Of a stretch of DNA of 64,000 nucleotides, positions 21,201 through 30,076 are shown one piece after another. How positions within the stretch are numbered: position 1 is the first letter of the stretch; each line of letters starts with the position of its first letter. Source of the DNA: an uncultured Muribaculaceae bacterium (lineage in GTDB: Bacteria > Bacteroidota > Bacteroidia > Bacteroidales > Muribaculaceae); assembly GCA_910578035.1 (NCBI GenBank), contig CAJTOB010000008.1:1801-65800 (forward strand). The letters run 5' to 3'. Made by a program: the position numbers and the translations under genes. The notes under the pieces are model-generated. The model was not told the DNA's origin and ran no database searches. It was given only the letters and a program-made list of their open reading frames with translations.

Positions 21201-22306
21201 AAACCGCTCATACGCAGAATGCCTCCGCCCTTGGTGCCTATCCAGAGGTTATGGCTGTCGTCGAGATACAGGGCGCGGATAGGATGGTTTATTTTTTTAT
21301 CGAAGAATGAGAAATCATATGAGCGTATCATATAGGGGCTGTCGTAGCACGCATAAAGCCCCTGGCAGTCCGAGCCAATCCATACCACAGGCTGTGTCGA
21401 CGATTTCTCGAGACAGAACACACCCGCTTTGATGCCTATATCGGCCAGACGGTAGGCGCCGGTCTGGGTTTTGCGGGCACGTATCACACCGTTCGACTCA
21501 AACGACACATAAATATCGCCGCGAGAGTCGCGGATAAGGTCGGAAACGACGCCCCGGCGCTCAATTTCGCCCCGGAGGCTGAATAGCTCGGCGACAGTGC
21601 CGTCGAAAGCCACATGCCGGAGCACGCCGTCGGTGCCGACTGCAAGAGCGCCGTCAAGGTCGTTGTGTGCCACCGCCACGCCATCTGTCGAAATCACCCG
21701 GCGGTCTGTCAGAACCGGCTTGTCGCCCGCGGTATCAAGACTATATGCCACAACCCCGTCTTTGCCGAAAAAGATGAGGCTGTCGCTGTCTTTCTCCATA
21801 AACACGACTGAATCGTATGTAAGACTATCTGTCTTTATCTCTATGAAATCGCCCTCAGACGATGCCGGCAGATAGTGAAGACGGCTGTCGGTGCCGAAAA
21901 CATATATATTGCCCTCGCGGTCGAGGCACATGCGTTCCTGCCCGTTGAACTGCGGATATGACGCCAATGCCTGAGTAGATGTATTGAACCGGTCGAGGCC
22001 ATGATTGGTCCGTATCCACATGTCGGCACCGGGCGCCGACATGATGCTCTCAATAAGGTTTCCCGACAGCGACACGCCGGGATAAAGCACCGAGAAAGGC
22101 ACCGTCGTGGAGCCGTCTGTGATATTGATGCCGTCGAGTGTGCCCAGCCACAGGAATCCGTCGGAGTCCTGTGCCATCGCAAGGACGGCACTGCTGGAAA
22201 GACCGTCGGAATTCGAGGTCTGCCTTATGTTGTATGCAGCGCCACGAATGCCCGCAAGCACACATATAATCAAAAAAACATATCGTAAGGTATCCAATTG
22301 CTTCAT
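18272..22306 (-). CDS. Hybrid two-component sensor/regulator (propeller sensor, Y_Y_Y, HisKA/HATPase, receiver, AraC HTH)
   Basis: QDSDGFLWLGT-type repeats, TM helix after APWY, THEFCTPL, NLISNAFKYT, DVMMP and GFSNRSHF. ATG 22306 lies downstream of the -7 box, so it is preferred over TTG 22345. Confidence 0.95.
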   Translation of the reverse strand: MKQLDTLRYVFLIICVLAGIRGAAYNIRQTSNSDGLSSSAVLAMAQDSDGFLWLGTLDGINITDGSTTVPFSVLYPGVSLSGNLIESIMSAPGADMWIRTNHGLDRFNTSTQALASYPQFNGQERMCLDREGNIYVFGTDSRLHYLPASSEGDFIEIKTDSLTYDSVVFMEKDSDSLIFFGKDGVVAYSLDTAGDKPVLTDRRVISTDGVAVAHNDLDGALAVGTDGVLRHVAFDGTVAELFSLRGEIERRGVVSDLIRDSRGDIYVSFESNGVIRARKTQTGAYRLADIGIKAGVFCLEKSSTQPVVWIGSDCQGLYACYDSPYMIRSYDFSFFDKKINHPIRALYLDDSHNLWIGTKGGGILRMSGFSGNMTEPGQMELFTSSNSALDNNSVFAFAGSSRPILWAATDGGVNYYSYKDNKLVSCAPDPALKFIHSIYEENDSTLWVSTVGNGIVRCRISGPPSGPKIDVVKVYEVDGGNRTSNFFFDMAPDTQGKLLFANRGLGAFVIEGDSLVRVPLAGNYDTKSVLDVFSVIHEDNTKWLGTGHGLLKVADSGERLFFGLENGFINNTIHDMLSDSEGKLWISTNNGLYRFDPQSEKTQVFARQDGVNVTEFSDGAAFNTGSMLFFGGIDGLVTVSRTPGFTAPQPYRPEISLQRLAISGENVNPTGYIKTTNDGSILNLAPEQNHFSVTFSIPDFLNPLDYNYLYTLDGREWINNGSNGTISFNEMSYGKYNLRVKYVNRITGIEGEVNRLEINIRAPWYLTDYAKAAYILLLLATVGALVSGYIWRQRRKRAEELSIIEHQHREEVYEEKLRFFTNITHEFCTPLTLIYGPCERIMSYDGTDDYIKKYIGLVRTNVERLNTLIQELIDFRRIETGHKILKIRPVNISDLCDETVATFSDLAERNNIDFDAEIQRDVTWNTDFSSLRKILNNLISNAFKYTPVGGSIKVDARVDNGKLLVSVYNTGKGIAEKDRERIFNRYSVLDNVEENAVKGLSTRNGLGMAICHSMVKMLHGNIAIESEVGSFARFIVTLPMLETDVKEEAHAIHDDKAFAPADAGESPREVVEEQEAAPVEVDKSKSTVLVIDDNVEILSLLSDSLSDYRVRTAKSAQEGLDLLKKETPDVIITDVMMPGTDGLTFARQIKANRHTMHLPLIILSAKTSNEEKVEGIVSGADVFIGKPFSVKYLRAVVARLLESRNTLREYYNSSASAFEYSDGHLLDRDDKDFLGRVVEYIDNHIDDTDLSPEQLAAGLQMSLRNLYRKFKELNQPTPNDFIKNHRITYAAKLLLTTSFTVQEIIYRTGFSNRSHFYKEFDKRFGMTPKDYRQSNKKRDASFEQ

Positions 22307-22333
22307 ATGCGGCACAGATTCAAGTTTACTTTG

Positions 22334-22341
22334 CAAATTTA
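22334..22341 (-). promoter_or_regulatory. -7 element for the HTCS gene
   Basis: Minus-strand TAAATTTG about 28 nt before the ATG. Confidence 0.65.
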
Positions 22342-22489
22342 GCAATTAAAAGTGGGATATACGTGCGGCTTGTATGCTAAAGTGACAGACATGCGCACAT
22401 GTTTGTATTCATTTGCGCCAAATTTGTACCGGGAGCATTTGAGGACATTTGTGGCGCACACTCATTACAAGACATTACACGGCATGCAT

Positions 22490-22497
22490 TAACTTTG
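22490..22497 (+). promoter_or_regulatory. -7 element of the candidate sRNA
   Basis: TAACTTTG followed by no long ORF on the + strand. Confidence 0.65.
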
Positions 22498-22502
22498 CAA
22501 TA

Positions 22503-22662
22503 TCAAAAATGGATTAAGGTATATGGTATTAATGCTTGCCGGTGAGGCAAGTCAATCGCAAGATTGGTTATTTATGATTTTGGATAAGGATTGTTTTTAG
22601 GCTTCCAATCTTTGCTAAGGTAAAATACCGCTTCCGCCAGCCGTGGCAGAAGCGGTCCTTTT
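22503..22662 (+). ncRNA. Candidate small RNA, about 160 nt
   Basis: Promoter and terminator bracket three hairpins (GCTTGCC-GGTGA-GGCAAGT; CAATC-GCAA-GATTG; AAGGATTG...CAATCTTT) and G/U-rich single-stranded tracts. Confidence 0.6.
22627..22662. terminator. Terminator shared by the candidate sRNA (+) and the KilA-N gene (-)
   Basis: ACCGCTTCCGCCA-GCCG-TGGCAGAAGCGGT, with CCTTTT after it on + and ATTTT after it on -. Confidence 0.75.
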
Positions 22663-22722
22663 GTAGCCTATGACAGAAGAACTATATTTAGGGCTTGGCG
22701 CCGGATAACCGAAAAGATGGTT

Positions 22723-23526
22723 TTATTTCAATAATTTACGGTCACTCTGGTCATTTTCCAACACGCGCATCTGATGAATGGCTATTTGATTCAGTTTTAC
22801 AAGCCGCTCAGGCTGCGTCATACCCTGCTCAATGAAAACGGCATTGATGTTTTCCATATTAGACAGACAGATAAGCTCATTGACAGTAGCATAATCGCGT
22901 ATGTTACCTTTCAAATCAGGGTTAGACTCCCGCCATTGCTTTGCCGTCATACCGAACAAAGCCACATTCAGCACATCGGCTTCATGAGCATAGATTATGC
23001 TCGCCTGCGCCTGAGTAATCTCTTCAGGAATAAGATTTTGCTTTATCGCATCTGTATGTATGCGGTAATTTATTTTCGATAGTTCACGCTTCGCCGACCA
23101 TCCCAACTGCCGTTGCTCCTCGGTTTTAAGCCGTTGAAACTCTTTTACTATGTAAATCTTGAACTCAGGACTTATCCACATCGCAAACTCAAAGGCGATG
23201 TCCTTGTGAGCGTATGTGCCGCCATATCTACCGGCCTTTGCCTGAACACTAATCGCACTTGTTCTCGCCACAAATTCCTTGACACTTATCTTGAAACTAT
23301 TGAGACCGGACTGATTTTTAATTATGGCGAATTCGCCATAATTAAAATCAGGATTATATACTTTCTCCCAAATACCGATGTATTCAAGTGTATTGCGGTT
23401 GCGCAGCCAATCAGTTATGAAAAAATCCCCGTCTTTGGCACGCAACATATCCGTCAGGCAGATATAGTCTTCCCCATTTACTTTTATGATATTAACTTCG
23501 TTATTCTGTACGGTGATTTTTGTCAT
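22723..23526 (-). CDS. KilA-N domain DNA-binding protein
   Basis: DYICLTDM, WLRNRNTLEY and GRYGGTYAHKDIAFEFAMWISPEF; visibly AT-rich; ATG 23526 lies downstream of its promoter. Confidence 0.88.
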   Translation of the reverse strand: MTKITVQNNEVNIIKVNGEDYICLTDMLRAKDGDFFITDWLRNRNTLEYIGIWEKVYNPDFNYGEFAIIKNQSGLNSFKISVKEFVARTSAISVQAKAGRYGGTYAHKDIAFEFAMWISPEFKIYIVKEFQRLKTEEQRQLGWSAKRELSKINYRIHTDAIKQNLIPEEITQAQASIIYAHEADVLNVALFGMTAKQWRESNPDLKGNIRDYATVNELICLSNMENINAVFIEQGMTQPERLVKLNQIAIHQMRVLENDQSDRKLLK

Positions 23527-23577
23527 AATAATTTTATTAAGAATTGGATACGCCGGTTGACGTACTTTTAGATATCG

Positions 23578-23607
23578 CAAAGTTACACATTTTGGAATCC
23601 TGCACAA
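23578..23607 (-). promoter_or_regulatory. Promoter of the KilA-N gene
   Basis: Minus strand reads TTG, 19-nt spacer, TAACTTTG (23585-23578). Confidence 0.7.
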
Positions 23608-23678
23608 CGCAGTCTGTTAAAAAACTTGTCTATTGATAATCAATATCATCGGCTGGGTGTATCAGCGTCCTAAACAGA

Positions 23679-23714
23679 ACAGGCGCCATGCGGACTTCTC
23701 CGCATGGCGCCTGT
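23679..23714 (-). terminator. Terminator after GH125
   Basis: Perfect 16-bp stem ACAGGCGCCATGCGGA-CTTC-TCCGCATGGCGCCTGT; the minus strand continues TCTGTTT. Confidence 0.8.
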
Positions 23715-23732
23715 GTAATGGGGAAATGCTTG

Positions 23733-25202
23733 TCAGGAGATGCTGTTGAGGAGGTCTACCTTGCCTTCGTTGACGAGTTTGAGGATAAGCTCGCCGAAGA
23801 GGGTGTTCTGCCAGGCAAACCACTCGCGGGTGAACTTGTTTGCGTCGTGCACGTTGAACGATTCGTGAATGAATCCGGTCTCGGAGTCGGTAGCGAGGAG
23901 CATTGCGATGCAGTCGCGGATTTCGTTGTCGTCCTGTGAGGTGAACGCTTTCATCATTATACTCATGGGCCAAGCCATGTCGTAGCCGATGTGGGGGCCT
24001 CCGATGCCTTCTCCTGCGGGGCCGCGGAAGAAGTAGGGGTTATTCTCGCTCCACACGTAGCGGCGGGTGTTCTGATAGATGGGGTCGTTGACGTCTACAT
24101 CGCCGAGATATGCCATGGCGAGCAGGCTGGGCACATTGGCGTCGTCCATGAGGTGGGAGTTGCCGAAGCCGTCTACCTCAAAGGCGTAGATTTTGCCATA
24201 TTCGGGGTGGTTGTAGATGGCATGCTTCTTGAGGGCAGCCTCTACCTCGTCGGCAAGAGCGGTGCAGCGTCCGGCAAGGGCGGTCTCCTTGTTGACAGCG
24301 CCGAGGATTTCGGCGGCCTTGCGAAGGCTCGACACGGCCATGAAGTTGGACGGCACAAGATACTGGAATGTAGTGGCGTCGTCAGAGGGTCGGAAAGCCG
24401 ACACGATGAGGCCGCAGCCGCTCACGGGCGAGCCGTAGCCGTCGTTTATCAGAGTGTCGGAAGCCTTCGGGGTGTTGCGCTGGAAACGGTATGAGCCCAG
24501 GGAGTCCTTGCGCTGCTGGTCTACGAATGTGGCGAGGACGGCGTCGATGGCCTTGAGCCAGTTTGCGCCGAAGACGCTGTCGTCGCCAGTCACCTTCCAG
24601 TACTCATAGGCGAGACGGATAGGATAGCATAGCGAGTCGATTTCGTATTTGCGCTCGTGGAGCTCGGGCTTCATGTCGGTGAAGTCGCTCATCCATTCGC
24701 CGCCTACGGGGCCGTCGTTGAAGGCGTTTGCATAGGGGTCGATGATGATGCACTTGAACTGGCGGTTGATTACGCCGGCGAGCATGTTCTTGAGCTCCTG
24801 GTCTTTGTTGGCAAGCTGCACGTAGGGCCACACCTGCGCGCCGGAGTCGCGCAGCCACATGGCGTGGATATCGCCCGTGTACACGAAGGTATCGTGCGAG
24901 CCGTCGTCGGCAATGCGGTAGTGAACGGTGGTGTCAAGTGTATTGGGGAAGCAGTTCTCGAACATCCAGGCAAGCTTGGGGTTCTTGAGCATTTTCTTGA
25001 CACGCTTGATTTCCTTTTCCACAGCCTTAGACTTAAACAGACGCGCCGACTCTGCGGGGCGGTTTGTCACGGCGTAGCGCTTGGCGGCGGCAGCGGCGCT
25101 TACGGCCGTGTTGTCGCTGGCGCATACGTTGGTTCCGGCGGCATGGAGCGATGTGCAGCACATGAGCATTCCTGCCGAAATCAATATAGAAAGTCCTTTC
25201 AT
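23733..25202 (-). CDS. GH125 exo-alpha-1,6-mannosidase
   Basis: FPNTLDTT, TGDIHAMWLRDS, ERKYEIDS, FRPSDD, MDDANVPSLL and HESF...FTREWFAW; signal peptide. Confidence 0.93.
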   Translation of the reverse strand: MKGLSILISAGMLMCCTSLHAAGTNVCASDNTAVSAAAAAKRYAVTNRPAESARLFKSKAVEKEIKRVKKMLKNPKLAWMFENCFPNTLDTTVHYRIADDGSHDTFVYTGDIHAMWLRDSGAQVWPYVQLANKDQELKNMLAGVINRQFKCIIIDPYANAFNDGPVGGEWMSDFTDMKPELHERKYEIDSLCYPIRLAYEYWKVTGDDSVFGANWLKAIDAVLATFVDQQRKDSLGSYRFQRNTPKASDTLINDGYGSPVSGCGLIVSAFRPSDDATTFQYLVPSNFMAVSSLRKAAEILGAVNKETALAGRCTALADEVEAALKKHAIYNHPEYGKIYAFEVDGFGNSHLMDDANVPSLLAMAYLGDVDVNDPIYQNTRRYVWSENNPYFFRGPAGEGIGGPHIGYDMAWPMSIMMKAFTSQDDNEIRDCIAMLLATDSETGFIHESFNVHDANKFTREWFAWQNTLFGELILKLVNEGKVDLLNSIS

Positions 25203-25220
25203 CAATTAGAAGATTTTAAC

Positions 25221-25246
25221 ATTATGGCAGCCGAAGCCGCCATAAT
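25221..25246 (-). other. Intercistronic C(UUCG)G hairpin between GH2 and GH125
   Basis: Minus strand reads ATTATGGCGGC-TTCG-GCTGCCATAAT, with one G-U pair. Confidence 0.6.
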
Positions 25247-25263
25247 GACTATATAGAGCTATT

Positions 25264-27087
25264 TTACTTGTTGAGACTATTGCAGAGTGCCTGGTTGGCT
25301 TTGCGGAGACGGTCTTCGTCGACCTTGATTACCTTGCGGTCGTAGGTCATGAGGCCGTTGACTTCGTTCTCTACGTCGGTGGTCTGGGTGTAGACAGCGC
25401 CGGAGTAGCCTGCTGGAACAAGCTTGAGAAGAGTGTCGATATACTCTACATACTGGTCGGTAACCTCCTTGGGAGTGTTGAACTGAGTATAGCCCCAGTT
25501 GCGCTTGGGCGACCAGATGTGGTCTTTGATAACGAGGCCGATGCCGCCGTATTCGCCGAGAACGTTTGCGCGCTCGCCGTCGAAGAGGAGCATTTTGGGG
25601 CCGGGATAGTGGTGAATGTCGAGCATGTCGCCTACGTGATAGTGGTTGCCGCCGCTGGCGGGGTTCACGAGACGGCTGGGGTCGTAAGCCTTGGTCCATT
25701 CCACGATTTCGGGACCCTTGAAGTGACCCCATGCTTCATTGAAGGGCACCCATACTACAACCGAGGGATAGTTGTAGAGTGCATCCATGATTTCTTTCCA
25801 TTCGCGACGGAAGTTGGCTTCGCTTTCGGCCGAGCGTACACGTTCGGTGCCGTTGAAGTAGTTGTGCATCTGCCATTCGGGGCCGCGGTCGCCGTTGGGC
25901 ATGTCCTGCCATACGAGGATACCCTTGCGGTCGCAGTAGGTGTACCAGGTGGCGGGTTCTACTTTCACGTGCTTGCGAATCATGTTGTAGCCCCAGTCTT
26001 TGGTCTTGTCGATGTCATAAATCATAGCCTCGTAAGTGGGAGCGGTGTAGAGACCGTCGGGCCACCAGCCCTGGTCGAGGGGGCCGAAGTGGAACACGTC
26101 CTTGTTGTTGAGCTGCAGGCGAACGATGCCGTTCTTATCGCGGGCGGTAGATACTTTGCGCATGGCGGTGTAGCTCTTCACCTTGTCGACGGGCTTGCCG
26201 GCCGAGTAGAGGGTAACCTCGAGGTCGTAGAGGTTGGGTGTGTCGGGAGTCCAGAGTTTGGCGTCGGCGGGCATTGCTATTTCCACGGGGTGGCCTGCGA
26301 GGCTCTTGCCGGTGGCAACGGTCTTGCCGTTTTCGCTCACTTTAACCTCAGCTACGAGCTGGGCGTCGGCAGCGGCGGGAGTGACGTCTACAATAAGTTT
26401 ATGTGTGTCGATATCGGGCACTGTCTTGAGAGCGGCGATATGGTTGGCGGGCGACACGGGTTCGAGCCATACGGTCTGCCAGATGCCGGTGACGGGGGTG
26501 TACCAGATACCTTCGGGGCGGTTCACCTGCTTGCCGCGGGGCTGATAGCCTGCGTCGGTGGGGTCGGTGACACGCACGGTGAGTTTGTTTTCACCCTTTG
26601 CCTTGAGCGCGGGGGTGACATTGAGGCTGAAGGGAGTGTAGCCGCCCTTGTGCGAGCCTACCTTGACATCGTTTACCCATACATCGCACGACCAGTCTAC
26701 GGCGTCGAAGTTGAGCATCACGTCCTTGCCTTTCCATGCGGCGGGCACGGTGAATGTGCGGTTATACCAAAGGGCCTCGTTGTTCTTCACGGTCTTGCCG
26801 ACACCTGAAAGGCTCGACTCCACTGCGTAAGGCACAAGAATCTCGCCCTGCCACTGAGCGGGCTCGGCATCGGCCTGCGGCACGATGGCATACTGCCAGA
26901 GGCCGTTGAGGTTTTCCCATGCGGTGCGCTCCATGATGGGGCGGGGATATACGTTCCAGGGTTTCTCAGGATTCACATCTGCGGCCCAGGGGGTGGAGAT
27001 GTGATCGCCGGCGGGAGTCCACGCACCGGCGGCGAGGGGTGCCAGTGCGGCAGCCATCGCCAGAATCGATACATATACTTTTTTCAT
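25264..27087 (-). CDS. GH2 glycosidase, resembling beta-D-galactofuranosidase-type members
   Basis: TPW...YPRP, LDQGWWPDGLYTAP, RKHVKVEP, FNEAWG (acid/base), GEYGG (nucleophile) and YTQTTDVENEVNG; signal peptide. Confidence 0.85.
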   Translation of the reverse strand: MKKVYVSILAMAAALAPLAAGAWTPAGDHISTPWAADVNPEKPWNVYPRPIMERTAWENLNGLWQYAIVPQADAEPAQWQGEILVPYAVESSLSGVGKTVKNNEALWYNRTFTVPAAWKGKDVMLNFDAVDWSCDVWVNDVKVGSHKGGYTPFSLNVTPALKAKGENKLTVRVTDPTDAGYQPRGKQVNRPEGIWYTPVTGIWQTVWLEPVSPANHIAALKTVPDIDTHKLIVDVTPAAADAQLVAEVKVSENGKTVATGKSLAGHPVEIAMPADAKLWTPDTPNLYDLEVTLYSAGKPVDKVKSYTAMRKVSTARDKNGIVRLQLNNKDVFHFGPLDQGWWPDGLYTAPTYEAMIYDIDKTKDWGYNMIRKHVKVEPATWYTYCDRKGILVWQDMPNGDRGPEWQMHNYFNGTERVRSAESEANFRREWKEIMDALYNYPSVVVWVPFNEAWGHFKGPEIVEWTKAYDPSRLVNPASGGNHYHVGDMLDIHHYPGPKMLLFDGERANVLGEYGGIGLVIKDHIWSPKRNWGYTQFNTPKEVTDQYVEYIDTLLKLVPAGYSGAVYTQTTDVENEVNGLMTYDRKVIKVDEDRLRKANQALCNSLNK

Positions 27088-27152
27088 TGCAGAAGATTTG
27101 ATAATTTTCATGGTTTGCAACATTCCGGAGTATCGCCTCCGGTTTCCAAGTG

Positions 27153-27160
27153 CAAATATA
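27153..27160 (-). promoter_or_regulatory. -7 element for the GH2-GH125 unit
   Basis: Minus-strand TATATTTG. Confidence 0.6.
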
Positions 27161-27361
27161 CCCGCATATCACGGATTTATTTGTGTCCGATGTTGTCAAA
27201 TCGGTGATAAGATGTGTATATACTTATTTATATACTCTTTTGGCGCGATTGATAACATTTTTTCCAGGCTGCGACAACTGTGTAAAGGCTGTTTTTTGAT
27301 ACAACACGCAAAATAATAGTCTTTTGGCATTGCAAACGACAGCGTGTCGCGCCTCTTTGCT

Positions 27362-27369
27362 TATCTTTG
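27362..27369 (+). promoter_or_regulatory. -7 element for GH78
   Basis: TATCTTTG about 20 nt before ATG 27390. Confidence 0.65.
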
Positions 27370-27389
27370 CAAAAACCAATCTCGACGCT

Positions 27390-29969
27390 ATGAAAAAAAT
27401 CTATCTGAGTTCGGCTCTGGCTTGTGCCGCCGCACTTTCCGGCTGTACAAGCGAAGGAGCCGGCAATCTGAGATGCGAATATCTCGTAGACCCGGTCGGC
27501 ATCGACGAACAGTCGCCACGCTTCACATGGACCGTAGAGCGCACCTCCAGGCCCTATGTTGTCGAAGTGGCCGAAACGCCCGAAGACCTCGAAGCCGGAC
27601 GCCTTATATGGCAATCGTCAGAAATTCCGGCCTCCACCCTGTCGGCAGTGTACGCCGGCAAGCCCCTCGAAAGCCATCACCGCTATGCATGGCGCGTGGT
27701 GAGCGGAGACAAGAATTCGCCGACAGCCACTTTCGAGACAGCAAAAATGAGCCCCGCCGACTGGCAGGGCGCCTGGATAAGCGATACACTCGACATGGAG
27801 CATGAGCCGGCCCCGATGTTCCGCAAGGATTTCTCGCTCAAGACCGTTCCCGCCGACGCACGCGCATATATATCGGCGGCAGGATACTACGAACTGTGGA
27901 TAAACGGCAAACGTGTAGGCGACAGCCATATGGACCCCGGATATACCCACTACGACAAGCGCAATCTATATGCCACCTACGATGTGACCGACCTCCTTGC
28001 CGAAGGCGACAACACCGTGGCCGCCGTGCTTGGCAACGGCTTCGCCAACTGCCAGAGCAAGGCTGTGTGGGATTTCGAGCGCGCACGCTGGCGCCGCCGC
28101 CCGGCCATGATTTTCGAGCTCCGCACCCCGGGGGCCGAAGAAGCGATAGTTGTATCGGACAGCACATGGCGCACGGCCACAGGCCCTTATACATATAATA
28201 ATATATACAGCGGCGACCGCTACGATGCCCGCCTCGACCCACAGGGCTGGCGCTCGGCCGGTTTCGACGACTCGCAGTGGGCCGCAGCATCTGCCGTAGA
28301 GGCCCCCTCTCCCCTGCTCAAGGCTCAGGCAATGCCGGCTATACGCCCCGTAGAGGTCATTAAGCCCGAACTGATAGCCAATTTCGGCGACACGGCATAT
28401 GTATTCGACATGGGCAAGAACATTGCCGGTGTTTCGTCGCTTGAAGTGGCCGGCGAACGCGACACGCACTTCAAAATGGCACACGGCGAAATGCTCAAGG
28501 ACGACGGACGCCTCCAGCAAGGCAACATCGACGTCTACTACCGCCCGCAGAAGCCCGGCGAGCAATTCCAGACCGACGAATTCATACTCGCAGGCACCGG
28601 CGAACCCGAAAGTTTCCGCCCCGGATTCACATACCACGGCTTCCGCTATGTCGAAGTGACCGCAGACCGCCCTGTAGAGCTCACCGCCGACAATGTGAAA
28701 GGCTATTTCATGCACACCGACGTGCAGCCCGCCGGCTCTTTCGCCTCCTCCGAGCCCCTGCTCGGCAAAATCTACGACGCCACCATGCTCAGCTACCTCG
28801 GAAATCTCCACAGCATACCCACCGACTGCCCCCAGCGCGAGAAAAACGGCTGGACAGCCGACGCTCACGTAGCTATCGACCTCGCCCTGCAGAACTACGA
28901 CGGCATTACACTCTACGAGAAGTGGATGAACGACTTCGCCGACAATCAGCGCGACAACGGCAACATTGCCGGCATCATTCCTTCCTGCGGCTGGGGCTAC
29001 GGCAACTGGCCCGGCCCGGTTTGGGATGCAGCCCTGTTCATAATCCCCGAAGCGCTCTATGATTACTACGGCGACAGCCGCGCCATCGAGCGAATGTATC
29101 CTACGATGGAAAAATACTTCGAATGGGCACGCGCCAACGAGAAGCCCGACGGTCTATTCACCGACGGCATCGGCGACTGGCTCAGCTCTTCGGCCCAGAC
29201 CCCGACCGACTATACCTCGAGCGTATATTACTATCTCGACAATGTGAAAATGGCCCGCTTCGCCGACATTCTCGGCAAGGACGCTGCGCCCTACCGCGCC
29301 AAGGCCGATGCGCTGCGCGACACCATCAACGCCCGCTGGTTCAACGAGGCTGAAGCAACCTACGCCAACGGCACTCAGGCAGCTCTCGGCGTGGCTCTCT
29401 ACTCCGGCATTGTGCCCGAAGGCAAGGAGGCAGCCGTGGCCGAGTCGCTCCACAAAGCCGTAGAAGCAAACGATTACTTCCTTGACTACGGCCTGCTCGG
29501 CAGCAAGACCGTGCCTACAATGCTCACCCGCTACGGCTACGTAGACGACGCCTACCGCATGGCTACAAAGACCGACGCGCCCTCCTGGGGCTACTGGCTC
29601 GAAAAGATGGGCTACACTACCCTCCCGGAGACATGGACGCTCAGCCCCGAATTTCACGACGCTTCGCTCAACCACGTCTTCATGGGCGACATCTGCTCGT
29701 GGATGCACCGCGACATCGCCGGCATAAACCACGACCCGGCCCGACCCGGTTTCGCCAACGTAATCATACGCCCGCACTACCCTGCCGGCCTCGCTTCGGC
29801 CGAAGCCTCCTATAAGTCTGTGCGCGGCGTCGTAAGCTCATCATGGAAGCGCGATGGCGACAATATACGCCTAACTGTCACCGTGCCCGGCGCCACGACA
29901 GCCACCGTCTACGCCCCCGAGCCCGTCGAAGTAGGCGAAGGCACACATACCTTCAAATTCAAAGTATAA
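27390..29969 (+). CDS. GH78 alpha-L-rhamnosidase-family lipoprotein
   Basis: Lipobox LSGC; FTYHGFRYV, PTDCPQREKNGWTAD, TTLPETW and SLNH. Confidence 0.9.
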   Translation: MKKIYLSSALACAAALSGCTSEGAGNLRCEYLVDPVGIDEQSPRFTWTVERTSRPYVVEVAETPEDLEAGRLIWQSSEIPASTLSAVYAGKPLESHHRYAWRVVSGDKNSPTATFETAKMSPADWQGAWISDTLDMEHEPAPMFRKDFSLKTVPADARAYISAAGYYELWINGKRVGDSHMDPGYTHYDKRNLYATYDVTDLLAEGDNTVAAVLGNGFANCQSKAVWDFERARWRRRPAMIFELRTPGAEEAIVVSDSTWRTATGPYTYNNIYSGDRYDARLDPQGWRSAGFDDSQWAAASAVEAPSPLLKAQAMPAIRPVEVIKPELIANFGDTAYVFDMGKNIAGVSSLEVAGERDTHFKMAHGEMLKDDGRLQQGNIDVYYRPQKPGEQFQTDEFILAGTGEPESFRPGFTYHGFRYVEVTADRPVELTADNVKGYFMHTDVQPAGSFASSEPLLGKIYDATMLSYLGNLHSIPTDCPQREKNGWTADAHVAIDLALQNYDGITLYEKWMNDFADNQRDNGNIAGIIPSCGWGYGNWPGPVWDAALFIIPEALYDYYGDSRAIERMYPTMEKYFEWARANEKPDGLFTDGIGDWLSSSAQTPTDYTSSVYYYLDNVKMARFADILGKDAAPYRAKADALRDTINARWFNEAEATYANGTQAALGVALYSGIVPEGKEAAVAESLHKAVEANDYFLDYGLLGSKTVPTMLTRYGYVDDAYRMATKTDAPSWGYWLEKMGYTTLPETWTLSPEFHDASLNHVFMGDICSWMHRDIAGINHDPARPGFANVIIRPHYPAGLASAEASYKSVRGVVSSSWKRDGDNIRLTVTVPGATTATVYAPEPVEVGEGTHTFKFKV

Positions 29970-29997
29970 CTCTTCACAAAACGCCGCACAGAGACGC

Positions 29998-30033
29998 AAG
30001 AAAGCCGCTGACATCACTGTCAGCGGCTTTCTT
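29998..30033. terminator. Bidirectional terminator between GH78 and susD
   Basis: AAGAAAGCCGCTGACA-TCAC-TGTCAGCGGCTTTCTT perfect stem. Confidence 0.9.
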
Positions 30034-30076
30034 ATATCCAATCTTTACCGGACCCTGTTGAGTGTCCTGCACATGT

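Noticed and set aside
22523..22600. 25-codon ORF (MVLMLAGEASQSQDWLFMILDKDCF) inside the candidate sRNA
   Set aside because: No recognisable features, and it runs through the hairpins. It cannot be excluded without ribosome profiling, so it was not called.
22723..23607. Prophage or IS around the KilA-N gene
   Set aside because: No integrase, transposase, structural genes, terminal repeats or target duplication seen.
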